Positions 18,510-27,855 of a stretch of DNA of 64,000 bases are shown here, one piece after another. Position 1 is the stretch's first letter. Each line of letters opens with the position of its first letter. The stretch comes from a virus. Where the stretch lies: positions 103,991 to 167,990 of IMG/VR virus record IMGVR_UViG_3300032287_002972, one strand, 5' to 3'. The notes below the pieces were generated by a model. The model was not told the DNA's origin. It was given only the letters and a program-made list of their open reading frames with translations, and ran no database searches. A program made the translations under genes and the position numbers.

Positions 18510-19250
18510 TTATTTATTTAAAGTTAGTCTAATCTTTTTTTTACCTTTAGTTAATTCACTAATTTTTCTTCTTGTTTCTTCAGAATGTTTTTTACCTTTA
18601 GCAGATTCACTTAATTTTCTCTTATGTTCTTCTGAAAATATTTTACCTTTAGCAGCTTCACTCATTCTTCTTTTTGTTTCATCAGACATATTCTGTTTTG
18701 CTTCACTCATTCTTCTTTTCGTTTCTTCGGATATGTTCTGTTTAATTTCACACATCTTTTTTCTTGTTTCTTCAGAATGTTTTTTACCTATAAGGGACAA
18801 ACTTATATTTCTCTTATGTTCTTCTGAATGTAATTTACCTTTACGAGATTCACTCATGTTTCTCTTATGTTCTTCAGAAAATGGTTTACGAGAGTTAGAC
18901 TCCTTTTTACTTTCAGGTATGAGTCCAAATATTCTTCCAAACACTTTCCTATCCTCAATAGATTTTCTATTGTTAACAGATTTTATTATCTTATTAATTT
19001 CAAGAACATTTATATTTTCAGTTTCACTTAGAATGGTTTCAGGTATCCCCATTATAAAACATGAAGTATATAGATACATGTCTCTACATTCAACATGTAA
19101 ACTATTATAGGATTTTATTCCAATGTTATGATATTCTTTATATTCTACATCGAAAATATCTTTAATAATTCGTTTAGAAATACTTAATGAAATCACATAT
19201 TCATCCATTGTGGTATTAGATGAAAAATTCATACAATTTAATCCTTTCAT
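18510..19250 (-). CDS. NUMOD3-repeat DNA-binding protein
   Basis: About 6 repeats of (H)SEE(H/T)(K/R)R(K/N)(M/I)SE..KGK. Confidence 0.8.
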   Translation of the reverse strand: MKGLNCMNFSSNTTMDEYVISLSISKRIIKDIFDVEYKEYHNIGIKSYNSLHVECRDMYLYTSCFIMGIPETILSETENINVLEINKIIKSVNNRKSIEDRKVFGRIFGLIPESKKESNSRKPFSEEHKRNMSESRKGKLHSEEHKRNISLSLIGKKHSEETRKKMCEIKQNISEETKRRMSEAKQNMSDETKRRMSEAAKGKIFSEEHKRKLSESAKGKKHSEETRRKISELTKGKKKIRLTLNK

Positions 19251-19453
19251 ATTAATGTGTTTTGTTTTATTTTGAAATGAAATTCTATTTGACTATATAG
19301 TTGGACACGTAATCTATCACGTGATTCAATAAAAAAATGAACACCTATTTGATTACGTACTTCATTATATAAATGAACACCTATTTGATTACGTACTTCA
19401 TTATATAATATATTAATTATTTGGTTACGTATTTGGTCACTAATTATCTTCAT
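19247..19453 (-). CDS. QVxx array protein
   Basis: array member. Confidence 0.7.
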   Translation of the reverse strand: MKIISDQIRNQIINILYNEVRNQIGVHLYNEVRNQIGVHFFIESRDRLRVQLYSQIEFHFKIKQNTLI

Positions 19454-19632
19454 ATGTTTTGTTTTACTTTAGTATATAGAGGTACGCGTACATCCATATG
19501 TATTTTAAGTTGTACATCATCATACACTTGGTCACGTACTCTACCAATCACTTGTCTTACAGCTTTTCTAAATAAATTTTCTAATATAGTTTCTTCTAAA
19601 CTATGGTTTATTTTTTCACTTATTGGTCTCAT
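19450..19632 (-). CDS. QVxx array protein
   Basis: array member. Confidence 0.7.
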   Translation of the reverse strand: MRPISEKINHSLEETILENLFRKAVRQVIGRVRDQVYDDVQLKIHMDVRVPLYTKVKQNI

Positions 19633-19649
19633 GTTAATATATTGTTTGG

Positions 19650-19853
19650 TTAATCATTTGAGGTTGATATATATATGTTATTACATAAATCATTATTTAC
19701 TTTAGATGTTACTTGGGTGCGTATTTCATTATATAATTGAACATTTATTTGTTTATGTAATTTAAAATTTACCTCTTGATGTATCCGATTATTTGTTTGG
19801 CCATATAATTTATTACTTATATGTCTACATATTTGTTTATGTGTCTTATTCAT
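19650..19853 (-). CDS. QVxx array protein
   Basis: array member. Confidence 0.7.
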   Translation of the reverse strand: MNKTHKQICRHISNKLYGQTNNRIHQEVNFKLHKQINVQLYNEIRTQVTSKVNNDLCNNIYISTSND

Positions 19854-19960
19854 ACATATTGTTTTAGTTGAAGGGTTATTCGTATAGTTACTTGACTATA
19901 TACGTTATTATGTAATTGAACATTTATTTGTTTACATACTTGATTACTTTCTGATTTCAT
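19850..19960 (-). CDS. QVxx array protein, 36 aa internally deleted copy of 20129-20311
   Basis: MKSESNQVCKQINVQLHNNVYSQVTIRITLQLKQYV, translated by hand. Confidence 0.65.
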   Translation of the reverse strand: MKSESNQVCKQINVQLHNNVYSQVTIRITLQLKQYV

Positions 19961-20132
19961 GAATAATATTATGTTTTAATTGAACATTTACCTCATCACT
20001 TATTTGTGCCCATAATTTATTACTTATTTGAAGATGTAGATGAACAATTACGTTATCAAATACATGTTTATTTAATTGACCACGTATTTGATTTAATAGT
20101 TGGTCACGTACTTGGTTATTTAGTGATTTCAT
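19944..20132 (-). CDS. QVxx array protein
   Basis: array member. Confidence 0.7.
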   Translation of the reverse strand: MKSLNNQVRDQLLNQIRGQLNKHVFDNVIVHLHLQISNKLWAQISDEVNVQLKHNIIHEIRK

Positions 20133-20311
20133 ATTAATCTATTTTGTTTTAGTTGAAGGGTTATTCGTATAGTTATTTGACTATATACGTTATTATGTAA
20201 TTGAACATTTATTTGTTTACGTACATTTATATGTACGTTAGACCTTACTCTCGCATTATTATGAACTTTTTCATTTATTTGTTTACATACTTGATTACTT
20301 ACTGATTTCAT
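20129..20311 (-). CDS. QVxx array protein
   Basis: array member. Confidence 0.7.
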   Translation of the reverse strand: MKSVSNQVCKQINEKVHNNARVRSNVHINVRKQINVQLHNNVYSQITIRITLQLKQNRLI

Positions 20312-20526
20312 ATTTTTTCCCTGAATTTAAATTCTATTTGATTACATACTTGACCATGTATTCGGTCACGACCAACGGGAAGTTTTTCCAGTATTTTATT
20401 ATATAATTTAGTACTTACTCTCGAAGGGATTTTTTTATACATTTCAATATAAAATATTTTAATAAAAAATAGAAAATATATTTTGTAATATACTTGTTTC
20501 ATGTGTTTTCTTATAGTTGTTCCCAT
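20308..20526 (-). CDS. QVxx array protein (start probably later)
   Basis: array member. Confidence 0.6.
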   Translation of the reverse strand: MGTTIRKHMKQVYYKIYFLFFIKIFYIEMYKKIPSRVSTKLYNKILEKLPVGRDRIHGQVCNQIEFKFREKI

Positions 20527-20735
20527 ACTTTATTACTTATTTGTAACCATATTTGACCCCATACTTGGCCACTTACTCGATTAGATACTTGACCACCTAC
20601 TTGTTCATATAATCCGTTATCTACATTATTATTTACTTGTTTATGTAGTTTCTTACGTATTTGATTAGATACCTGTTCATATACTTGGTTATCTACCGGT
20701 CCCATATTAATCTGTTTTGTTTTATTTGTTCCCAT
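20511..20735 (-). CDS. QVxx array protein (start probably later)
   Basis: array member. Confidence 0.65.
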   Translation of the reverse strand: MGTNKTKQINMGPVDNQVYEQVSNQIRKKLHKQVNNNVDNGLYEQVGGQVSNRVSGQVWGQIWLQISNKVWEQL

Positions 20736-20866
20736 ATTTGATTACTAACTCTAATACTTACTCCATCACGTACATCATTATTTACCTGTTTATATAATAG
20801 ATTATGTACTTGATGATTTAATTTAAAACATACTTGTTCATATATTTGGTTTCTTACTTTTTTCAT
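20693..20866 (-). CDS. QVxx array protein (57 aa, not in track)
   Basis: MKKVRNQIYEQV... Confidence 0.65.
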   Translation of the reverse strand: MKKVRNQIYEQVCFKLNHQVHNLLYKQVNNDVRDGVSIRVSNQIWEQIKQNRLIWDR

Positions 20867-21111
20867 ATTACTTTGTTTTGTTTATGTGGATTCGACAATT
20901 GTCTATGTAATTGGTCACTTAATTGTATCCATACTTGTCTATTTACTTGACCCCATATTTGTATTTGTAATTGGTTAGTTACTTGACCCCATATTTGTAT
21001 TTGTACTTGATGACGTACATTAGTATTTACTTGGTCATCAAGTACAAGACCAATTTGATTACGCATCTGAATACGTACTCGTTCATCAATTTTTTTACTT
21101 ACTGATTTCAT
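20863..21111 (-). CDS. QVxx array protein
   Basis: array member. Confidence 0.7.
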   Translation of the reverse strand: MKSVSKKIDERVRIQMRNQIGLVLDDQVNTNVRHQVQIQIWGQVTNQLQIQIWGQVNRQVWIQLSDQLHRQLSNPHKQNKVI

Positions 21112-21304
21112 ATGTTTCTACACTTACTTGGTCATATAATTTATCACTTATCTGATTACTTACTTGGTTATATATTTGTTCAAATGTTTCACCATTTACT
21201 TGATTACCTACTTCAGTATATACTTCACCATATACTTGAATATGAAATCTATTATTTACTTTATCCCATACTTGATTACATATTTTGTTATTTACTGTTT
21301 CCAT
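21095..21304 (-). CDS. QVxx array protein
   Basis: array member. Confidence 0.7.
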   Translation of the reverse strand: METVNNKICNQVWDKVNNRFHIQVYGEVYTEVGNQVNGETFEQIYNQVSNQISDKLYDQVSVETYEISK

Positions 21305-21504
21305 ATGTTTCGTTTTAATTGATTACTTGTTTGCGCACGTATTTGATTAAAAATCTCATAACCTATGTGGCCCATTATTTGTATCCATAATTGTTTATGG
21401 ATATGGTCATATACTTGTTTATCTAATCGACCACGTATATTATATGATACTATCTCACTTATATGAGAACTTACTGACCCCATTTTATTTTCTACTAAGT
21501 TCAT
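21292..21504 (-). CDS. QVxx array protein
   Basis: array member. Confidence 0.7.
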   Translation of the reverse strand: MNLVENKMGSVSSHISEIVSYNIRGRLDKQVYDHIHKQLWIQIMGHIGYEIFNQIRAQTSNQLKRNIWKQ

Positions 21505-21510
21505 ATTAAT

Positions 21511-21693
21511 CTACAATTGTTTTAACAATTCACTGTACATTTTATTCCATATTTGGTTAATTAGATGAAGACGTACTTGATTACCCACTTGATCAGATAC
21601 TTGAACACTTATTTTATCACGTACTTCAATATATGCCTGAACAACTATTTGGTTATGTATTTGTTTAGTCATTTTATTACTTACTGTTTTCAT
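21511..21693 (-). CDS. QVxx array protein
   Basis: array member. Confidence 0.7.
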   Translation of the reverse strand: MKTVSNKMTKQIHNQIVVQAYIEVRDKISVQVSDQVGNQVRLHLINQIWNKMYSELLKQL

Positions 21694-21901
21694 ATGTTTT
21701 TAGGTTTCTTACTTGATTTCTTACTTGGTACTTTAATTCACTATAATTTTGACCATATACTTGATTATCTACCGGTTCTCTAATTTGTTTACTTACTTGA
21801 CTATATATTTGGATACTCACTTGGTCCCATGCTCGATTATTCATTTTTAACCTCAATTGAGTATGTATTTCTTTACGTATTTTTTTTCTTACCGATTTCA
21901 T
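21677..21901 (-). CDS. QVxx array protein
   Basis: array member. Confidence 0.7.
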   Translation of the reverse strand: MKSVRKKIRKEIHTQLRLKMNNRAWDQVSIQIYSQVSKQIREPVDNQVYGQNYSELKYQVRNQVRNLKTYENSK

Positions 21902-22092
21902 ATCTTTCCAAATATTTGATTACTCATTTGTCCCCTTATTTGACTACTTACTTGATTATATACTTGAATAGTAATCTGATTACTTACTTTATCAACTACT
22001 TGGTCACATATTTTATTATTTACGTGACTATATATTTGGATAGTTAAATAATCACGTAATTGTGTCTGTTGATTAAACAATCTAATATTCAT
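21898..22092 (-). CDS. QVxx array protein
   Basis: array member. Confidence 0.7.
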   Translation of the reverse strand: MNIRLFNQQTQLRDYLTIQIYSHVNNKICDQVVDKVSNQITIQVYNQVSSQIRGQMSNQIFGKI

Positions 22093-22274
22093 ATGTTTAT
22101 TTTAGTTTGAAAACCTATTTGTCTACCACGTTCTTGCTCATATAGTTTATCATATACTTGGTCATATATTTTTTTATTTACTTGGTTAAATATTTGGTGA
22201 TATATTTTTTTATTTACTTGACTATATATTTGGATAATTAGTCCATCACGTAGTTGTGTCTGTCCCAGTTTCAT
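22089..22274 (-). CDS. QVxx array protein
   Basis: array member. Confidence 0.7.
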   Translation of the reverse strand: MKLGQTQLRDGLIIQIYSQVNKKIYHQIFNQVNKKIYDQVYDKLYEQERGRQIGFQTKINI

Positions 22275-22435
22275 AACGTTATGTTTTGTTCTATTTGGGA
22301 ATATAATTGATTACGTAATTGAATCCATATTTGTGAACGTAAATTAATATGAAAAGGTTCACTTAACTTATCCTGTATTTTATCATATACATGATAATAT
22401 ATGTGGTAATTAATATCTTTACTTACTTTTTTCAT
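22271..22435 (-). CDS. QVxx array protein (54 aa, not in track)
   Basis: MKKVSKDINY...EQNITL. Confidence 0.65.
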   Translation of the reverse strand: MKKVSKDINYHIYYHVYDKIQDKLSEPFHINLRSQIWIQLRNQLYSQIEQNITL

Positions 22436-22634
22436 AATGATTTATTCGTTCACTTACAATTTCATGTACTGGGTCGACAAATTGAATATCAACTTGTTCA
22501 TTTACTTTTTCGTACACTTCTCCAACGACTATGTTACATATATTAAACGGTACTTCAACTATCATTTGTGCATACATTTGGTCAAATACCCCACGAGATA
22601 TTTTATGATATACTTGTCCATCAATCGATTTCAT
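22419..22634 (-). CDS. QVxx array protein
   Basis: close paralogue of 28155. Confidence 0.7.
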   Translation of the reverse strand: MKSIDGQVYHKISRGVFDQMYAQMIVEVPFNICNIVVGEVYEKVNEQVDIQFVDPVHEIVSERINHYEKSK

Positions 22635-22849
22635 AATGTGTTCTGTTTTATTTCCTTATGTATTTGTACTTGTTCACGTACATTAGAAGATATTTGTACT
22701 TGAACTTGGTCACATATCTCATCATATATTTGGGTTTTTATTTGTTTAAATAATTGAATGTCCAATTGATTAAAAAACACCTCATCATTTAAACGTAAAC
22801 GTATATCAATACGAATTTGTTTACATATTTTATCTTTTACTGATTCCAT
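22631..22849 (-). CDS. QVxx array protein
   Basis: close paralogue of 28395. Confidence 0.7.
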   Translation of the reverse strand: MESVKDKICKQIRIDIRLRLNDEVFFNQLDIQLFKQIKTQIYDEICDQVQVQISSNVREQVQIHKEIKQNTL

Positions 22850-22854
22850 ATGTT

Positions 22855-23106
22855 TTAATTGAATATATAGTTGAGAAACCTATCAATTAAATCCCAAATT
22901 GGTGTCTTTTTTTTCCTTTGAAGTTCTACTTGAATAATAACTGGACTATTCATTTTACCACATACTTGACTCCATACTTGGCTACTCATTATCCTAACTA
23001 TATCATAACGTATATGGTTATATATGTGTCCATGTACTCGTTTATATAATTTATCACGTACTTGATTATCTACATGTTCAAGTATTTGTCCTCTTACTGA
23101 TTTCAT
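22855..23106 (-). CDS. QVxx array protein
   Basis: array member. Confidence 0.7.
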   Translation of the reverse strand: MKSVRGQILEHVDNQVRDKLYKRVHGHIYNHIRYDIVRIMSSQVWSQVCGKMNSPVIIQVELQRKKKTPIWDLIDRFLNYIFN

Positions 23107-23297
23107 ATCGTTTGTTTTATGTGAATATGTACTTGTTCAGATACTTGAGTTTCAACATTATCATATAACCCTTTACTTACTTGTTCACCTACTTGATAAT
23201 ATATATCATTATTCATTTTACTCCATACTTGGTTTTGTAATTGATTATGTACTTGATTACGTACTTGGTCATTTACAATATTTTTTACTTGTTTCAT
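23103..23297 (-). CDS. QVxx array protein
   Basis: array member. Confidence 0.7.
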   Translation of the reverse strand: MKQVKNIVNDQVRNQVHNQLQNQVWSKMNNDIYYQVGEQVSKGLYDNVETQVSEQVHIHIKQTI

Positions 23298-23539
23298 ATG
23301 TTTTCTTTAAATTGAGATTCCACATTTTCTAAAACTATATAAAATTGACCATATACCAACCCACTAATATATTTAAATATTTCAGAGTCTCTGAAATATA
23401 GATCACGTATAGAATATGTATGATGACCTATTTGGGGATATGATCTACTATTTATTAGACGAATTAATTCTTTATCTAATCGTTTGGTTATTTGTTCAGA
23501 TACTCCCTTCATATGTTTCTTTAACTTGCACTTCCACAT
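23294..23539 (-). CDS. QVxx array protein (divergent)
   Basis: array member. Confidence 0.6.
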   Translation of the reverse strand: MWKCKLKKHMKGVSEQITKRLDKELIRLINSRSYPQIGHHTYSIRDLYFRDSEIFKYISGLVYGQFYIVLENVESQFKENI

Positions 23540-23684
23540 TGTTTAATCGATTAATTACCATATCACTAATATGATTGTATAGTTTAATACGTGATTTATT
23601 ATACGCTTCTCTATGTGGTCCATATACTTCCTTACGTACAATTTTATATAATACAATACGTATTTCTTCACTAACTCGTTTCAT
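23496..23684 (-). CDS. QVxx array protein
   Basis: array member. Confidence 0.65.
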   Translation of the reverse strand: MKRVSEEIRIVLYKIVRKEVYGPHREAYNKSRIKLYNHISDMVINRLNNVEVQVKETYEGSI

Positions 23685-23851
23685 ATGTTTTGTTTTAGTT
23701 GTTTAGTTACTTGTTCACGTAATTGATTATCAATTTGACCCCATACTATATTATACATTTGATAACGTACTTCGTCACTTACTGTGCAATATATTCGACC
23801 ATTTATTTGTCCACATAATCTTTCATATACTTCATGATTTATTATCCTCAT
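23681..23851 (-). CDS. QVxx array protein (56 aa, not in track)
   Basis: MRIINHEVYE...KQLKQNI. Confidence 0.65.
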   Translation of the reverse strand: MRIINHEVYERLCGQINGRIYCTVSDEVRYQMYNIVWGQIDNQLREQVTKQLKQNI

Positions 23852-24060
23852 AGTACAATGTAGTCTTTTAGTTGATTATTTATTTGTTCCTGTATTTTAA
23901 GAATCGTACCTACAAATATTTGTTCATTTACTATTTCATATATTTCACTAGACACTTGCTCACTTAATCGGTAACGTACTTGTTCCTTTGTTTGCTCACG
24001 TAATTTACCATGTAATTTATAATATACTTGTTTACTTACTTGTTCACGTACTATCCTCAT
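23848..24060 (-). CDS. QVxx array protein
   Basis: array member. Confidence 0.7.
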   Translation of the reverse strand: MRIVREQVSKQVYYKLHGKLREQTKEQVRYRLSEQVSSEIYEIVNEQIFVGTILKIQEQINNQLKDYIVL

Positions 24061-24257
24061 AATGACATGTTTTGTTTTAGTTGATTAGTTATGTGTTTAT
24101 ACAATTCATCAAATATATCATCACGTAATTGATAGTGTATTTGATTAAGTACTTGTTCACTTGTAAAAATATGTACCTGTAGATATATTTTATCAGGTAC
24201 TTTTTTATACACTTGTTTACATACTTGGTTACTTACTTGAGTGTATATTGTCCTCAT
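24057..24257 (-). CDS. QVxx array protein
   Basis: array member. Confidence 0.7.
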   Translation of the reverse strand: MRTIYTQVSNQVCKQVYKKVPDKIYLQVHIFTSEQVLNQIHYQLRDDIFDELYKHITNQLKQNMSL

Positions 24258-24454
24258 GGTATAACGTTTTCTTCTACTTGGAAACTCATTTGTCTATATA
24301 CTTGTTGACTTACTTGTTCATTTACTCGACTACTTACTTGTTCATTTACTTGTTCATTTACTCGGTTACTTACTTGTTCATTTACTTGTTCACGTAATTG
24401 GTCACGCACTTGTGAACATACTTGGTTACTTACTTGAGTGTATATTAATTTCAT
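24254..24454 (-). CDS. QVxx array protein (purest tetrad repeat)
   Basis: QVSN QVCS QVRD QLRE QVNE QVSN RVNE QVNE QVSS... Confidence 0.75.
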   Translation of the reverse strand: MKLIYTQVSNQVCSQVRDQLREQVNEQVSNRVNEQVNEQVSSRVNEQVSQQVYRQMSFQVEENVIP

Positions 24455-24510
24455 AATACTACGTATTGTTTTAGTTGATTACTTACTTGTTCATTTACTT
24501 GGTCACGTAA
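24451..24510 (-). pseudogene. 3' remnant of an array gene (RDQVNEQVSNQLKQYVVL*)
   Basis: No start codon; matches the 3' end of 24698-24886. Confidence 0.6.
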
Positions 24511-24701
24511 ACGTTTTGTTCTACTTTGAAACTCAGTTGTCCATATACTGGTTGACTTACTTGTTCCCATATTTCATTATTTACTTTTTCCCATACTTCA
24601 TCATGTACTTGTTCATTTACTTGTTCACGTACTTTTCCATATACTTCTTCACGTACTTGTTTACATACTTGGTTACTTACTTGAGTGTATATTAATTTCA
24701 T
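24495..24701 (-). CDS. QVxx array protein
   Basis: array member. Confidence 0.7.
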   Translation of the reverse strand: MKLIYTQVSNQVCKQVREEVYGKVREQVNEQVHDEVWEKVNNEIWEQVSQPVYGQLSFKVEQNVYVTK

Positions 24702-24886
24702 AATACTACGTATTGTTTTAGTTGATTACTTATTTGTTCATTTACTTTTCCATATACTTGTTCACGTACTTGTGCGTGGTAATATAACCGAGATGGTTTA
24801 CGTACTTGTTCACGCACTTTGATATATAATTGTTCATGTACTTGATCATATATTTGTCTACGTATTTGTTCACGTACTATTCTCAT
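24698..24886 (-). CDS. QVxx array protein
   Basis: array member. Confidence 0.7.
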   Translation of the reverse strand: MRIVREQIRRQIYDQVHEQLYIKVREQVRKPSRLYYHAQVREQVYGKVNEQISNQLKQYVVL

Positions 24887-25125
24887 AACGATATGTTTTG
24901 TTTTAGTTGATTACCTATTTGTTCCTGTACTTGATCACGTATTGGACCCCATATATTATCATATAATTGTTTATGTATATGAATACGTATTTGGGTATGT
25001 ACTTGTTCACGTAACTTACGATGTAATTTATAATATATTTTAGACCATATTTCAGTCTGTACTTGGTTACATGATTGATGATATATTATCCACATAATAA
25101 AATGTTTTGTTTTAGTTGAAAACAT
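24883..25125 (-). CDS. QVxx array protein
   Basis: array member. Confidence 0.65.
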   Translation of the reverse strand: MFSTKTKHFIMWIIYHQSCNQVQTEIWSKIYYKLHRKLREQVHTQIRIHIHKQLYDNIWGPIRDQVQEQIGNQLKQNISL

Positions 25126-25292
25126 ATTTGTTCAAGTATTTGTTCACGTATTTGAACAAATACTTCATCACATACTTTGTCATTTACTTGTTCATATACT
25201 TGACCTGATATTTGTTTACCTAATTGGTTACGTGCTTGATCCCATATTTTATTAGTTACTTGTTTACTTATTTGAACGTATACTGATTTCAT
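25086..25292 (-). CDS. QVxx array protein
   Basis: array member. Confidence 0.7.
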   Translation of the reverse strand: MKSVYVQISKQVTNKIWDQARNQLGKQISGQVYEQVNDKVCDEVFVQIREQILEQICFQLKQNILLCG

Positions 25293-25489
25293 AATGTAAT
25301 GTTTTGTTTTAGTTGATTACTTACTTGTTCATTTACTTGGAAATATAAATGTTCACGTACTTGTTCATTCACTTCGTCACGTAATTGTTCACATACCTGA
25401 GACCATACCTGAGACCATACCTCAACATCTATTTGGTTACGTACTTTAATACGTATCTTTTCATTTACTTCTTTATATACTAATTTCAT
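25289..25489 (-). CDS. QVxx array protein
   Basis: array member. Confidence 0.7.
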   Translation of the reverse strand: MKLVYKEVNEKIRIKVRNQIDVEVWSQVWSQVCEQLRDEVNEQVREHLYFQVNEQVSNQLKQNITL

Positions 25490-25710
25490 ATTGAAATGTT
25501 TTCATTTATTTGGGTACATATTTGTTCACGTACCATTCTCGTAATTGTTGGGGTACTTAATCGCCTAAACACTTGATCCCATAGTAAAAAATGACGTACA
25601 TTATTATTTACTTGTTCACGTAATTCACTATGTAATTTATAATATACTACACGATATATTTGAGCACTTGCACTTGTTTGATTAAGTAAATGGTTACTTA
25701 CTGATTTCAT
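25486..25710 (-). CDS. QVxx array protein
   Basis: array member. Confidence 0.7.
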   Translation of the reverse strand: MKSVSNHLLNQTSASAQIYRVVYYKLHSELREQVNNNVRHFLLWDQVFRRLSTPTITRMVREQICTQINENISI

Positions 25711-25955
25711 ATTGTGATGTTTTGTTTTAGTTGACGTGTCATTTTTTTAGATATACGAACCAATACTTGGTCATATATTTGATTACATACTGAGACATAT
25801 GTTTTGTTAGGTAATTGGGTAGAGTTTCTCTTACCTATTTTACCATATACTTGTCTACGTACTTGGACTTGTAATTGAGTATGTATTTGTTCATTTACTT
25901 GATTATACACATGTCTACGTACTTCGTCACGTACTTGAATATATACTGTTTTCAT
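25707..25955 (-). CDS. QVxx array protein
   Basis: start MKTVYIQV at the ATGA overlap. Confidence 0.65.
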   Translation of the reverse strand: MKTVYIQVRDEVRRHVYNQVNEQIHTQLQVQVRRQVYGKIGKRNSTQLPNKTYVSVCNQIYDQVLVRISKKMTRQLKQNITI

Positions 25956-26140
25956 ATTGAAACGTTTTCTTTTATTTGGAGTGTCATTTGTCCACTTACT
26001 TGATTCCATATTCTTTCAAGTATATGATCACATACATGTCCACGTACTTCATACCACATTTGTTTACGTATTTCTTCATGTAGTTGTTCCTCCACTCGAT
26101 TAAATAGTTGTTTACGTACTTGCATAGATATTGACTTCAT
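25952..26140 (-). CDS. QVxx array protein
   Basis: array member. Confidence 0.7.
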   Translation of the reverse strand: MKSISMQVRKQLFNRVEEQLHEEIRKQMWYEVRGHVCDHILERIWNQVSGQMTLQIKENVSI

Positions 26141-26144
26141 ATAT

Positions 26145-26327
26145 TTAAATGTTTTGTTTTATTTGGAGTGTCATTTGTCTATATACCTGACCCAATATTA
26201 TATTACGTAAGTGAACAGTTACTTTCTCACTCGCTTGATTAAGTAAATGGTTACTTATTTGGGCATATAATTGATTATGTACTTGTTTATGTACTTGTTT
26301 AAATACTTGGTTATGTATTTGTTTCAT
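26145..26327 (-). CDS. QVxx array protein
   Basis: array member. Confidence 0.7.
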   Translation of the reverse strand: MKQIHNQVFKQVHKQVHNQLYAQISNHLLNQASEKVTVHLRNIILGQVYRQMTLQIKQNI

Positions 26328-26497
26328 ATTGAGATATTTTCTTTTAGTTTAACACTAATTTGTCTACGTACTTGAGTATGTATAGTTTGTACTTGAATAC
26401 TGACATGATTAAATACTTTAGTACTTACATGGTTAAATACTTGATTACTTAGACCCAAATATACAACTTCGAATTTTTGATTACACATCGAATTCAT
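26324..26497 (-). CDS. QVxx array protein (57 aa, not in track)
   Basis: MNSMCNQKF...LKENISI. Confidence 0.6.
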   Translation of the reverse strand: MNSMCNQKFEVVYLGLSNQVFNHVSTKVFNHVSIQVQTIHTQVRRQISVKLKENISI

Positions 26498-26506
26498 ATT
26501 GATGAC

Positions 26507-26689
26507 TTATTTGATTTCGTAATTATATAAAACCTTTATAATCGTTTGATCACGACCTACTGGGTATTTTACATTATCGTACAATTGGTTAAGTACTATG
26601 TTTATTACGGTACCATGCACTTGACCATATGCTGGATTATATATTTTATGGAATATCTGAGTACGAATTTGTTCATGCACTAATTTCAT
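26507..26689 (-). CDS. QVxx array protein
   Basis: array member. Confidence 0.65.
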   Translation of the reverse strand: MKLVHEQIRTQIFHKIYNPAYGQVHGTVINIVLNQLYDNVKYPVGRDQTIIKVLYNYEIK

Positions 26690-26865
26690 AATAATAGGTT
26701 ATGTTTGGTTTGAAAACTTATTTGTCCACCACGTACTTGTTCATATAGTTGGTCATATATTTGATTCCTTACTTCCCCACTTAATTGGTTACGTACATGG
26801 TAATTCACAATATCACGTAATTGTTTATGTATATGAATACGTATTTGGGTATGTACTGGTCTCAT
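26686..26865 (-). CDS. QVxx array protein (59 aa, not in track)
   Basis: MRPVHTQIRIH... Confidence 0.65.
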   Translation of the reverse strand: MRPVHTQIRIHIHKQLRDIVNYHVRNQLSGEVRNQIYDQLYEQVRGGQISFQTKHNLLL

Positions 26866-27062
26866 ATAATTATATGGTTATGAACATGTCTAAGTAATTG
26901 ACTAAACACTTGAAAATGTATATAGTCACGCACATCACCATATACATTATTATATAATTGAATATGTACTTGTTTAGATATTTGACAACGTAATTTATAA
27001 TGTATATTATTACGTAATCGATCATTTATATGAGTACGTATTTGGTTATTAACCCTTTTCAT
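26862..27062 (-). CDS. QVxx array protein
   Basis: array member. Confidence 0.7.
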   Translation of the reverse strand: MKRVNNQIRTHINDRLRNNIHYKLRCQISKQVHIQLYNNVYGDVRDYIHFQVFSQLLRHVHNHIII

Positions 27063-27274
27063 ATCAGTATCTTTTTTATGTGGAAAACTAATCCTATTTC
27101 TCTACGTACTTGGCCACGTACTTGAAATAAAAAAAAACTACGACGGTAATCACTTACATGGTCACTCACTCGGTTACGTACTTCTTCACTCACTTCGCCA
27201 CGTAATTGCTCACGTAACCGGTTACGTAACTGGTTAAGTATTTGTTCATTTACTTGTGTGTATGTTGATTTCAT
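27059..27274 (-). CDS. QVxx array protein
   Basis: array member. Confidence 0.7.
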   Translation of the reverse strand: MKSTYTQVNEQILNQLRNRLREQLRGEVSEEVRNRVSDHVSDYRRSFFLFQVRGQVRREIGLVFHIKKILI

Positions 27275-27468
27275 GATATTTCTTCTGATACTTGATAACG
27301 TACTTTATCGTACATTTGTCGAAATATTTGAGTATATACTTGAAAACGTATTTGCTTAATTATTTCTACATGTATTGGTATATTTGTACACGCACTCAAT
27401 TCACCATATATTTTATTATTTACTTGGTTACATACATGAGTACGTATTTGTTTATCGACCGATATCAT
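27271..27468 (-). CDS. QVxx array protein
   Basis: array member. Confidence 0.7.
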   Translation of the reverse strand: MISVDKQIRTHVCNQVNNKIYGELSACTNIPIHVEIIKQIRFQVYTQIFRQMYDKVRYQVSEEIS

Positions 27469-27469
27469 A

Positions 27470-27700
27470 TCAGTATGTTTTTTTTATGTGAAAAACTAAA
27501 CCTTTTACGTATTGATAACGTACTTTATCGTACACTTGTTCACGTATTTGAAAAGATACTTGAAAACGTATTTGAAAAGATACTTGAAAACGTACTTCGC
27601 TAAGTATTTTGTTATATATTTGACTCTCTACTTGATTATACAGTTTGTCACGTATATCAAAACCAATATCATAAGTAATTTTATCACTTACTGATTTCAT
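27470..27700 (-). CDS. QVxx array protein
   Basis: internal RFQVSFQI duplication. Confidence 0.7.
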   Translation of the reverse strand: MKSVSDKITYDIGFDIRDKLYNQVESQIYNKILSEVRFQVSFQIRFQVSFQIREQVYDKVRYQYVKGLVFHIKKTY

Positions 27701-27855
27701 AATATGTTTCGTTTTACTTCGAGATATACTTGTTGAAATATTTTGTCATATACTTTATGATATACTTCGTCACGTAATTTATTACGTAATTTACCATATA
27801 CTATACCAACACGGTATTCTATTTGAGTATTAATATGATTACCAACCTGTTTCAT
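27697..27855 (-). CDS. QVxx array protein (52 aa, not in track)
   Basis: MKQVGNHINTQ... Confidence 0.65.
   Translation of the reverse strand: MKQVGNHINTQIEYRVGIVYGKLRNKLRDEVYHKVYDKIFQQVYLEVKRNIL

Noticed and set aside
23990-25630. Many TGTTCACGTA motifs as parS half-sites
   Set aside because: Explained by (V/L/I)-R-E-Q codons, and they lack one base of the parS half-site.
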